This document shows positions 26,409 to 34,715 of a DNA stretch of 38,296 nt, in pieces. The notes below the pieces were generated by a model. The model worked only from the letters and a program-made list of their open reading frames with translations. It was not told the DNA's origin and made no database searches. The position numbers and the translations under genes are program-made. How positions within the stretch are numbered: position 1 is the stretch's first letter; every line of letters begins with the position of its first letter. Source of the stretch: Alphaproteobacteria bacterium (GTDB lineage: Bacteria > Pseudomonadota > Alphaproteobacteria > Micavibrionales > CSBR16-224); NCBI GenBank assembly GCA_006226225.1, contig SBHI01000085.1, positions 1 through 38,296 on the forward strand. The letters are read 5' to 3'.

Positions 26409-27962
26409 TTACCGATGCGGTGTTTGCAATGCCGCATCAAGCTGTGTCAGGTGATATTGTTTATCGTCTTTTTTTTGTTTTTCTCCGTCTTGTTTTTCGG
26501 CATTCTGCCACACATCCACCCCCAGACTGTTCAGCATGCGTGCATAAGCATGCTGCGCCGCCTGATAGGCGAAAATCCTATCCCATTGCAACAAAGCGTC
26601 ATCCAGCTCTGTGTTTAAAACACTTAAATCACTGCCCAACCCCGCTTCACGCTTGCGTCTTTCGCTACGCAAAATCCTCCGGTAATTATCGGCCTGTTCA
26701 TCCATTTGTGAAAACTGGCTGCGACTTTCCTCCAATTGCTGTTTAGCGACATGAACCTGCGCAATCACCGCAACCAGCAGGGCATAGCGTTGCTTATCAG
26801 ACAGTGCCTTTTTGTTCTTGGCCTGCTCATAGCGCTGCGGCAGCGTAAATAAATCCATCAGCATTGCAGAAAGCGACACCGAGAAATTCGCCCAATCCTG
26901 ATCAGATAAAAAAGAGTTCGTATCTTTGTTTAGCCCCAGAAAAAAGCGCGCACCGGGCAGAACTTCCAGCACCGTCGTTTTGATTTCGCGCAGAGCAATG
27001 CGCTCTTTCAAAAAAGCTTCTTTCACTTCCGGACGGTTCATCAGAGCCGTGTCCTGCAGCTTCTCCAGATCCTGTTCCAGCTTGGGCAAGTCATCCGAGG
27101 TCAGCCAGTTTTTTTGCGGTAACTGTAATACAATTTTATCGTCAGGCGATAATCCGATCAGTGTTTTCAGCTCCAGCATCGCCCGGGCAACATTACGGCG
27201 TTTCTCCGCCAGTGTATTGCGCTTACGCAGCAGCTCCTCTTTTTTCTGCAAGCCGCTTTCATAGGGAATAATGCCTTTTTTGATAGCTTGCTCCAAATCC
27301 GCCAGCCGCTTATCCGCCTCTGTCAGCAGCGCGGCATGTTTGGATGACGTTTCCTGTTCTGCCGCCGCACGCCAGAAGGCGACATAAACATCCTGCGCCA
27401 GATTTTGCAGAACTTTGCGGCGGCGCTCATGCGCGATCAATACACGGTCTGATGCCGTACGCGCATGGGCAACGGTGACTGCAGCATCCAGAATATTCCA
27501 ACTTGCTTCCAATTGCGCCGTGCGGCGGTGCCTGTCCGTTGAAATCGATGGCTCCAGCGACTGCATCCCCGTCAAAGCCGACCGGCTTGATGATGCCCCC
27601 GTATTACTGCGCCCCTGATAGGATGCACCGGCTTCGATTTTCGGCAGCAGGCTTAATTTTTCGATATTATATTCACCGCTGCGGATCAGCTCTTCCATCA
27701 GCGCGACCTGCACATCCAGATTGCGCTTCACGGCCAAATCAAGCGCATCATCCAATGTTATCTGCAAAATGCCATCATTACCTTGCGCGACTGCCTCCAA
27801 ATCACCGCGCAGCCTTTCAGCATATTCTTCTTCCCCCATAGGGCTGGTTGCCGTTGAACAAGCAGCCAAAAGCAGCAATCCGGACAACAGCAAAAAGAAT
27901 TTGCTAAGATGACACAGGTTTATACGGGAACAAAGAGTCATAGAGACCAAAATTTCCAACAA
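26409..27962 (-). CDS. TolC/NodT-like outer-membrane factor lipoprotein
   Basis: 517 aa. Lipobox LLLLAAC, then two tandem OEP-type helical repeats (LDDALDLAVKRNLDVQVA..., LEKLQDTALMNRPEVKEAF...). The start may be M8 (27941). Confidence 0.8.
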   Translation of the reverse strand: MLEILVSMTLCSRINLCHLSKFFLLLSGLLLLAACSTATSPMGEEEYAERLRGDLEAVAQGNDGILQITLDDALDLAVKRNLDVQVALMEELIRSGEYNIEKLSLLPKIEAGASYQGRSNTGASSSRSALTGMQSLEPSISTDRHRRTAQLEASWNILDAAVTVAHARTASDRVLIAHERRRKVLQNLAQDVYVAFWRAAAEQETSSKHAALLTEADKRLADLEQAIKKGIIPYESGLQKKEELLRKRNTLAEKRRNVARAMLELKTLIGLSPDDKIVLQLPQKNWLTSDDLPKLEQDLEKLQDTALMNRPEVKEAFLKERIALREIKTTVLEVLPGARFFLGLNKDTNSFLSDQDWANFSVSLSAMLMDLFTLPQRYEQAKNKKALSDKQRYALLVAVIAQVHVAKQQLEESRSQFSQMDEQADNYRRILRSERRKREAGLGSDLSVLNTELDDALLQWDRIFAYQAAQHAYARMLNSLGVDVWQNAEKQDGEKQKKDDKQYHLTQLDAALQTPHR

Positions 27963-28022
27963 TTAAAGGCGGCAGAAAAGCCGGATGAAAGCATAGAAGA
28001 GTGCAGAATTATGCACTCTTCC

Positions 28023-28050
28023 ATTCTACGCTCTTCTCTATATAGGTCAA
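28023..28050 (-). promoter_or_regulatory. Candidate sigma70-type promoter for the TolC/adaptor/M50 operon (TTGACC-N16-TAGAAT)
   Basis: On the minus strand, TTGACC is at 28050-28045, followed by a 16-nt spacer and TAGAAT at 28028-28023. This lies downstream of the DUF465 terminators and 60-90 nt upstream of the TolC start. The predicted +1 falls inside the 27997-28020 palindrome. Confidence 0.45.
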
Positions 28051-28085
28051 TATGTTAGTAATTTTTTAATAATTTATGTGATAAA

Positions 28086-28131
28086 GGCGGCTTTGAAAAA
28101 GCCGCCCTTCACAACCCCTGTCAGACAGGGG
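28086..28131 (-). terminator. Tandem hairpins terminating the DUF465 transcript
   Basis: Read on the minus strand, the first hairpin is CCCCTGT-CTG-ACAGGGG. The second is GGCGGCTTT-TTC-AAAGCCGCC, followed by TTTAT. Confidence 0.6.
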
Positions 28132-28163
28132 GTATTATCAATACATCGTAAAACCTTTTTGCC

Positions 28164-28412
28164 TTATGCAGCTTCGGTTTTGACAATGATTTCCAGCATT
28201 TCATCCTTCAGCGCAAGGCGTGTCTTTTTCAGATTTTCCAGACGCTCGTCGCTTGCGGCTTCAATTTCTTTTTCGATGCGCAGGATTTCTTTCGTCACGT
28301 CTTCATATTCGTCGAAAAGCTTTTTAAAATGCGCATCCGTCGTTTTCAGCGTATGAATAGCTTCTTTGTGTTCCGGCAATTCATGTACCAAATCGTGATG
28401 TTCTTCCAACAT
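28164..28412 (-). CDS. DUF465 (YdcH-like) small coiled-coil protein
   Basis: 82 aa: LVHELPEHKEAIHTLKTTDAHFKKLFDEYEDVTKEILRIE...LENLKKTRLALKDEM, which matches the family signature. Confidence 0.8.
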   Translation of the reverse strand: MLEEHHDLVHELPEHKEAIHTLKTTDAHFKKLFDEYEDVTKEILRIEKEIEAASDERLENLKKTRLALKDEMLEIIVKTEAA

Positions 28413-28481
28413 GTCGTTTTCCTTTCATTTGCAGTGAGTCCAAGGGAGTTTAAAGCCTGTGGCGTCAAAAATAAAGTATTA

Positions 28482-29738
28482 TCATCCCGCCGTTCCAAAA
28501 CGGCGTATTGCTTCATAACCCAGTCCCAAGCCAACACTGGACAGCTTGTTCTCCTCGGAAATATCAGCTTGCGGAAATTTCGCCGCAACGGTTTTCTTCA
28601 GTAGCGGCACTTCCGTTGTGCCACCTGTCAGAATAATCAGCTCGACATCTTTTTCCCTCACCTGCGCCTGCCGCAAACAGTCATCAATATCGGAAACAAT
28701 CGCGCGCACATGTTTATCTACCGCCGCATTGAAAACCGCGCGCGCTACGGAGACGGCAAATCCCGCCTCGACAAAATCCAGCAGCGCCGTCATTTGCAAA
28801 TGATCCGTCAAGCCGATCTTGCATTCTTCAACCGCTGCCAAAAGCTGATGCCCCTTTCCCTCCTCCAGCAATTTGATATAACGCGAAAACTTCTCCGGTG
28901 CATGCGACTGCGGCAGAATATCCCGCATTTGTTTGTGCATTTTCGGCGTATATAAAAAATTGATCTTCGACCATTCGGACATATCGTGGAACGGAACCGC
29001 AGGCAGCGGCAAATTTTTCTCGCCGTAATCCGTTCCATATCCAAAATCAGGCATAAAAGCGCTGAGACTTAGATCCTTATCGAAATCATTGCCGCCAATA
29101 CGAATGCCGGAATTGCCGAGAATGTCATCCGTGCGGTCACTTTTATCCATCATGTTCTGCGCCAGACGAATGACGGTAAAATCCGATGTACCGCCCCCGA
29201 TATCGGCAACCAGTGCCAGTTGTTCGGAACGCAGTGTCCTCTCATGCGCAAAAGCCGCAGCAATCGGCTCATACTGAAAGGCGACATGTTTAAATCCGAC
29301 CGCCTTTGCGATATTCTGCAATTCATCCTGTGCGCGGCTGTCGGTTTTACTGTCATTATCGGCAAAATGCACGGGTCTGCCCATGACAACATTCGTCATT
29401 TCAACACCGCTGTGCCGTTCCGCCGCCGCTTTCATATTCCCGATAAAATCACCCAACACATCTTCAAATCTTTTTAGTTTACCGTTCACCACAGTACCAT
29501 CATTCATCAGACTGGTGCCCAGAATGCGCTTCAAACTGCGCATGAAACGCCCTTCTTCGCCCTCCATAAACAACCGCATCGCTTGTTTACCGAAACGGGC
29601 ATCCGACGCATTGACGGCATAAAAGACCGCGCTGGGAATTGTGATCTCCTCCCCCTCTAAAGGTACAAGCGTTACAGCACGTTCCCGGCAAAGAGAAAGC
29701 GTTGAATTCGAGGTTCCAAAATCAAGACCGCAATTCAT
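28482..29738 (-). CDS. Hsp70-family ATPase, YegD-like
   Basis: Actin-fold phosphate-1 motif CGLDFGTSNSTLS at the N-terminus, phosphate-2 VADIGGGTSDFTVIRL, and adenosine motif LTGGTTEVPLL. The ORF track extends 108 codons further (to 30062), but homologues start just before DxGT. ATG 29738 was verified in the sequence. Confidence 0.8.
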   Translation of the reverse strand: MNCGLDFGTSNSTLSLCRERAVTLVPLEGEEITIPSAVFYAVNASDARFGKQAMRLFMEGEEGRFMRSLKRILGTSLMNDGTVVNGKLKRFEDVLGDFIGNMKAAAERHSGVEMTNVVMGRPVHFADNDSKTDSRAQDELQNIAKAVGFKHVAFQYEPIAAAFAHERTLRSEQLALVADIGGGTSDFTVIRLAQNMMDKSDRTDDILGNSGIRIGGNDFDKDLSLSAFMPDFGYGTDYGEKNLPLPAVPFHDMSEWSKINFLYTPKMHKQMRDILPQSHAPEKFSRYIKLLEEGKGHQLLAAVEECKIGLTDHLQMTALLDFVEAGFAVSVARAVFNAAVDKHVRAIVSDIDDCLRQAQVREKDVELIILTGGTTEVPLLKKTVAAKFPQADISEENKLSSVGLGLGYEAIRRFGTAG

Positions 29739-29880
29739 GGAAATATCTGTTCTGTTTGGTGGTGACGCAAATGCCTTCCATAGATAGGAAGGATAGCGGC
29801 TTTTGTCAAGCTGCGGCGCAGGCAGATCGCATATAGGGCTGGCGCAATCTAAAATATCTCCTCTATAATCAAAAAATAGA

Positions 29881-30558
29881 ATGCCCGCAATTTTTGCCTT
29901 ATGGTTTTCAGATATGCCGGATTTCACAGTTTTCGACAAAACAACGCTGATTACAATTGCCAGCGCAGCAGCAACATTTATCGCCGTGCTGGGGATCGGA
30001 CTGGCAGTCATTAAAGACAAAACACGGATACAGAAAAAACGGCAAAAAACGCGCGGCGGCAAAGGCTGGCAAAATGCCCGTCAAAGCCTGCGCCATATGC
30101 CGTGGAAACGACTGCGCTTTTCTTCTGTCAAAAATCTCCGCAACATCCTGATTATTCTCTTCCTGCTATCAATCATCCTCGTGGGCAAAGTGCTGGAACC
30201 ATCCCCCCCGAAAAAAAGTGGCAAAAACGTAGACAGCTCGATTTTCTGCCATTCTCCCTACATTATTGACGGGGATACTTTCGACTGTGTCGGCACACGC
30301 ATCCGTCTGATGGGAATTGATGCGCCGGAAATGCCCGATCATTGCAGGCCCGGACGACGCTGTACAGAAGGAGACCCTTTTGCCGCCAAAAAATATCTGG
30401 AATCTCTGGCGACAGGATGGGTGAAATGTCGTGCAATCGAGATTGACCATTACGGCCGCACCATTGCCCGCTGCAAGGTAAAAGATGTTGACCTTTCCTG
30501 CGCCATGATCGCCTCCGGTCACGCCGTCCGGCGTTACAGCAGTATTTCCTGCCCTTAA
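29881..30558 (+). CDS. Thermonuclease (staphylococcal nuclease-like) family protein with N-terminal membrane anchor(s)
   Basis: SNase motifs are present: YIIDGDTFDC, IRLMGIDAPEM, DHYGRTIARC. There is a hydrophobic segment ILIILFLLSIILVG. The start is uncertain (29881, 29911 or 30097), and none has a clear SD. Confidence 0.65.
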   Translation: MPAIFALWFSDMPDFTVFDKTTLITIASAAATFIAVLGIGLAVIKDKTRIQKKRQKTRGGKGWQNARQSLRHMPWKRLRFSSVKNLRNILIILFLLSIILVGKVLEPSPPKKSGKNVDSSIFCHSPYIIDGDTFDCVGTRIRLMGIDAPEMPDHCRPGRRCTEGDPFAAKKYLESLATGWVKCRAIEIDHYGRTIARCKVKDVDLSCAMIASGHAVRRYSSISCP

Positions 30559-30566
30559 ACCGGCAA

Positions 30567-33500
30567 TCAGAAACTGCCGACGATATTAAAGAAAACACCG
30601 CGGCTTTGGTAATCCAGATTGGTCAGATCATCCGAGAAGTCGGTAAAATTGTAGCCGATGCCGAGTTTAACATTCTCGTTCACATGTCTGTACACACCGA
30701 CCAATCCGCCGGCTTTTGCATCGCCGGCATCTTTCGCATCAAGATAGCGCAGTTCACCCGTTACATCCCATTCATGCACCACATGCCAATCGGCGCGTGC
30801 CACACCCAGCCATGCGGTACTGCTAAACCACGGCGTGCCGGATGCCGTCGTGTCGTGCAGCTCGCCAATGCGGTATCCCAGCTTGCCGCCCACTGACAGT
30901 TTCGGACACAGGTCATAAATAAAATCACCCGAGAAGACATGACTGCGCTGCTCATATCCGTTCGCAGCGCCCGTGCCGGAAACCTGTCCCGGGCTACCTT
31001 CATCAGACAAATAAGTATAACGCACCAACGCATTTAACTTGTCATTTAACACGGGACGGTAACCAAAGCCCAGATTCAGCTCGGTAAAATTCGCATCCGT
31101 TGTGCTGCCTGTGCCTGCCTCGCTTAGTGCGACATCCAGCCCACCCGAGAAACGCCAGTCTTCCGAAACCTGATAGACCAATGTGTTTTTCATCAACCAT
31201 GATGTCCTGTCGCCGGTTGTATTGCCGCTTTCATCACGCCATTCCAGCGTACCGCCATATTTAACTTTATCGCGGGTATAGCCCGCAGAAATTGAGGCTG
31301 CAATCCGGTCAAGATCACCCGTTGCCGGGTCGGAGGTTTTACCCGTTTCGAATTTACCGCCCCATGTCCAATAATCGCTGGCGGCAAGATCCAGCCCCAT
31401 CGCATGCATAATGCCGGATTGTCCTTGCTGTGCATGCAGATAGCGCTGCTCGGAAAACACAGACAGATTATCGGTATAACGGGAACGCGTCCCCGCCACC
31501 AGCATATTACTGCGTCCGTTATTGCCGGTATCGGTACGTCCCGTATCAGAAAGATAATTTATATAATGGCTTGTGCGGTCATCAACACGGTAATCCAGCC
31601 CCGCTTTACCGCCGAGGCCGTCGTCGCCGCCTGTCAGCTCGGCGCTGATTTCCAGCCGGTCATTCAGGCGGAATAATCCGCCGCCGCCATAACGGTCATT
31701 ATCCAGACGAGTCCTGTCACGGTGCAATGTTGTTTGCGCCAAGCCATAAATTTCATAACGTCCCGGCGTGCCCTCTGTCGTCAGCGGCGCATGACCCAGT
31801 TTGACAATGGCATCCGTCCTCTCACCCGTTTGCGCCAATACAGTACTGCCACCAGCTGCCAGAGCCGTATCACGGTCGTCATGACGCGCACCGACTGTGA
31901 GGGTTGTTTCCTGCGACAGTGCGTAGTCAACACCTGCCTCAACTGCCTTGTAACTGCCGGTTGTCTTGCCTTCCTTAAAGTCGGCCTTCGCCGTAAAATC
32001 CAGCCTGTCCGATACCGGTAGACGCAACATGCCACCCGCTTGTTCGACACCTTCATTCGTCAACTGCCCCGGCGCAGAAAAACCGTTTTGCCTGTTCAGC
32101 CAGTATCCCGACAATGTGCCGCTTTGCCCGCCATCCGTCAGTTCGGCAAAATCGGCGGCGATTTCGACACGGTGCGCGTCTGCCGCAATACCTGCAGTTC
32201 CCGTCTGCGGGATTGCGCCGAAATTGAAACCGCCATTCTGCGACGACATGCCGCCTGTTCCCGGGCCGTCAGAGCGCGCGGTTTCCAGCTTCAGATAAGT
32301 GCCGGGTTTGTAACGCAATGTCATATCCGCCCCCAGCAGACTTTGCTGCCGCCCCGTCCCTTTTTGCTCATAACCCGATGCGCCAATCCGCAAATGATCA
32401 TTCACCCAATGACTGGCACGGCCGCCTTTGGTCATGTTATCGACGGAAGAGACACCGGGCGTAAATTCATAGCCTGCGACCAGATAAACAGGGTTACCGC
32501 CCTGCGTACCATTTAGAATAAAAGCGGAAATCCCTGCTGTTGATTCCAGCGGCGTGCTTAAAATGACACGCCCTTGAATATAATTGATGTCGTAATCCTG
32601 CCCGTAAATCAGCGTCTTGGATTGCAAGACAATGCCGGATTCCTGATCACGCACTTCAACACGCAGCCTTTCCGATCCGATAACAATATCCTGATTGCGC
32701 AGATAATAAAGCGATCCACCGGTACCGCGGAATTCTTCAATCGCGTCCAGCGTTCCGGGATCAGCGGCAAACAGGTCAAGTTCCGTACGCTTTTCGCCAA
32801 AGGCGGTTGTCGTCATACTGCCGTGATGTGCATTCGCCCCATAAAGCGTGCGGCTGAAATTCATCAGATCTGTTCCCGTCAAACGGGTCTGGAAACTGCC
32901 CCACAGCACCTTGGTATCGTTTTTTTCAACCTTCACATAGAATTTTCCTAAAGTCGGCGCATCCTCGATCAAGGTGGAATCATCGCCATAAACCGGATAA
33001 TAGGCACTGGGATCAAGGCGGCGCAGCAGACTGCGGGCATCTTTTTCATCGAATTGCGAGAAAATATCTTCAAGCGGCTTTTCCTGCGTATCGGCGCTGG
33101 AGGTCACTTGCCAGCCATTCTGTAATTTACCTTTGGTGTAATAGGCCAAACGCCCTTCGGTATAGAGTTTTTCATTATAGCGGTCACTGTTCTTGCCTGT
33201 AACCAATGCCGCGGGGCCTTTGACATCATTCAGCCCCATTGTCAGGTCGGCAATACCGACCGTAAACCACTCATGTGACGGAATATCGATATGGCGACTG
33301 AATTCCGTACGACCACCATCCGTTTTTTCACGCACGACATCCACGCTGTGATCGCCCGCAGGCAATATCTGCTCTACGGCAAATTTTCCGTTCCCATCCA
33401 CCGGAACAGACTGCCCCATCACCAGTACCTTTTCCCCTGCCGCAATATCCGCACCATTGACCGTCACAGTACCGCCATGAACGGGAATATTGCGCAGCCC

Positions 33501-34715
33501 GATATGGTTTTCACCATATCCCGTCAATATTTCGCGTGTTTTACCTTCATCCGGCTGGGCACCGCGCCGCGCATCCAGAATATCCAGAATTTTCGGTGTC
33601 GTTTCATCAAAAAGGCCTTTTTCATCATACACGCGCAATAGATATTTCACCGCTGCCAATTCATTATCCTGCGGCACATTCCACGTGACTTCGCCAAAGC
33701 CTTCATCAAAAGGAACAACGGCAAGAGGCGGTGTATCCGTTGATGCGTCTTCTTTAAAAATGCGCAGCTCCGCTTTTCTGATAAAGGCACGGTAATTCGT
33801 ATAAGGAAGAAAAGAGACAACCTCCCCCCTGACCGCACCTTCCGGCCAAACCGTCACATTCAGCACGGGCTCAACCTCCAGCCCGTCAAAACGCAGCTGA
33901 ATCTCCGCTTTTTCAAGCGCAATATCCATGCAGCGCATTACATCTGCACTATTGGGCACATCCTCTCCCGGTGATACCTCTCCATCAATGGAAATACGGA
34001 ACGGCAGGTCGCTATCCTGCGCAGGTGCATCTTTACACACGCCGGTTTGTGGGACGCTATAACTCGCCGTTTTATACCAAACACGCAATTCCGCCCTGCG
34101 GTCATCCGCCATGCAATCCTGATAATCTTTTTTTGCCTGTTCCGGCGTTGCCGCACCTGTAATATCAAGGCGGCAATCCGTTGTTGTCGCAGTATCTCCC
34201 ATGCCCGTTATATGCACGGGAATCTCCTGCCAGCCGTCCAGCTCTTTCAAATAAGCGGCAACCTCTTTCGCACGGGCAACGGATAATGCGTAGTTATCGG
34301 TGTAATATTTACGCGACTCATCTGATAGAGGCTGCTTGTCGGTATAGCCGACGATCTCGGCATGTTCGATTTTCCGTCCCTGTAATTCCTCAGCAAGATT
34401 TGTCAGGGATTGTTTCCCCGCATCCGACAGCTGATGGCGCCCTGATGCAAAATAAGGCACGTCAGCATTCCCCAGTTTAGAAACTTCAGCCTTTTTCCGC
34501 CACAAGACCAGTACTTCATCCGCAGGACGGCGGCGCTCCGTATCGGGCGGCACAACACGTTTTACAACCCGCGAAACCATCGCCGTTTTCCCCGGCTGCT
34601 CCAAAGGTGGGCAGGTATCGCACTCCTCACCGATCGCGGGAGAATTTCCCGCAAGGAAGACGATGGCAGCACCGGCAAGAAGCAAACGTCTGAAAGATGA
34701 ACGGGAGAAAACCAT
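30567..34715 (-). CDS. Large outer-membrane protein: signal peptide, N-terminal OmpA/MotB-like peptidoglycan-binding domain, long central region, C-terminal beta-barrel
   Basis: 1382 aa.
- Signal peptide LLLAGAAIVFLAGNSPA.
- OmpA-like block (34077-34463): FASGRHQLSDAGKQSL...IVGYTDKQPLS...DNYALSVARAKEVAAYL...DDRRAELRVWY.
- The last ~600 aa show alternating amphipathic Gly/Tyr-rich strands and end in the OMP signature FFNIVGSF.
- The start ATG shares a base with the upstream stop (TGATG). Confidence 0.75.
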   Translation of the reverse strand: MVFSRSSFRRLLLAGAAIVFLAGNSPAIGEECDTCPPLEQPGKTAMVSRVVKRVVPPDTERRRPADEVLVLWRKKAEVSKLGNADVPYFASGRHQLSDAGKQSLTNLAEELQGRKIEHAEIVGYTDKQPLSDESRKYYTDNYALSVARAKEVAAYLKELDGWQEIPVHITGMGDTATTTDCRLDITGAATPEQAKKDYQDCMADDRRAELRVWYKTASYSVPQTGVCKDAPAQDSDLPFRISIDGEVSPGEDVPNSADVMRCMDIALEKAEIQLRFDGLEVEPVLNVTVWPEGAVRGEVVSFLPYTNYRAFIRKAELRIFKEDASTDTPPLAVVPFDEGFGEVTWNVPQDNELAAVKYLLRVYDEKGLFDETTPKILDILDARRGAQPDEGKTREILTGYGENHIGLRNIPVHGGTVTVNGADIAAGEKVLVMGQSVPVDGNGKFAVEQILPAGDHSVDVVREKTDGGRTEFSRHIDIPSHEWFTVGIADLTMGLNDVKGPAALVTGKNSDRYNEKLYTEGRLAYYTKGKLQNGWQVTSSADTQEKPLEDIFSQFDEKDARSLLRRLDPSAYYPVYGDDSTLIEDAPTLGKFYVKVEKNDTKVLWGSFQTRLTGTDLMNFSRTLYGANAHHGSMTTTAFGEKRTELDLFAADPGTLDAIEEFRGTGGSLYYLRNQDIVIGSERLRVEVRDQESGIVLQSKTLIYGQDYDINYIQGRVILSTPLESTAGISAFILNGTQGGNPVYLVAGYEFTPGVSSVDNMTKGGRASHWVNDHLRIGASGYEQKGTGRQQSLLGADMTLRYKPGTYLKLETARSDGPGTGGMSSQNGGFNFGAIPQTGTAGIAADAHRVEIAADFAELTDGGQSGTLSGYWLNRQNGFSAPGQLTNEGVEQAGGMLRLPVSDRLDFTAKADFKEGKTTGSYKAVEAGVDYALSQETTLTVGARHDDRDTALAAGGSTVLAQTGERTDAIVKLGHAPLTTEGTPGRYEIYGLAQTTLHRDRTRLDNDRYGGGGLFRLNDRLEISAELTGGDDGLGGKAGLDYRVDDRTSHYINYLSDTGRTDTGNNGRSNMLVAGTRSRYTDNLSVFSEQRYLHAQQGQSGIMHAMGLDLAASDYWTWGGKFETGKTSDPATGDLDRIAASISAGYTRDKVKYGGTLEWRDESGNTTGDRTSWLMKNTLVYQVSEDWRFSGGLDVALSEAGTGSTTDANFTELNLGFGYRPVLNDKLNALVRYTYLSDEGSPGQVSGTGAANGYEQRSHVFSGDFIYDLCPKLSVGGKLGYRIGELHDTTASGTPWFSSTAWLGVARADWHVVHEWDVTGELRYLDAKDAGDAKAGGLVGVYRHVNENVKLGIGYNFTDFSDDLTNLDYQSRGVFFNIVGSF

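Noticed and set aside
26045-26746. 233-aa plus-strand ORF spanning the TolC/adaptor junction
   Set aside because: It is antisense to two motif-supported genes. It is a Pro/Ser/Ala-rich low-complexity translation, and it straddles an intergenic junction of the opposite strand.
29739-30062. 108-codon N-terminal extension of the Hsp70-like ORF
   Set aside because: Hsp70/YegD proteins begin a few residues before the DxGT phosphate-1 motif. An in-frame ATG at 29738 gives exactly that. The extension would also overlap the divergent nuclease ORF.
28164-30558. Possible defence island (Hsp70-like ATPase next to a nuclease)
   Set aside because: The nuclease is a membrane-anchored or secreted SNase-type enzyme transcribed divergently. 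The ATPase looks like ordinary YegD, and I see no additional defence-associated domains. The evidence is too weak to propose a system.
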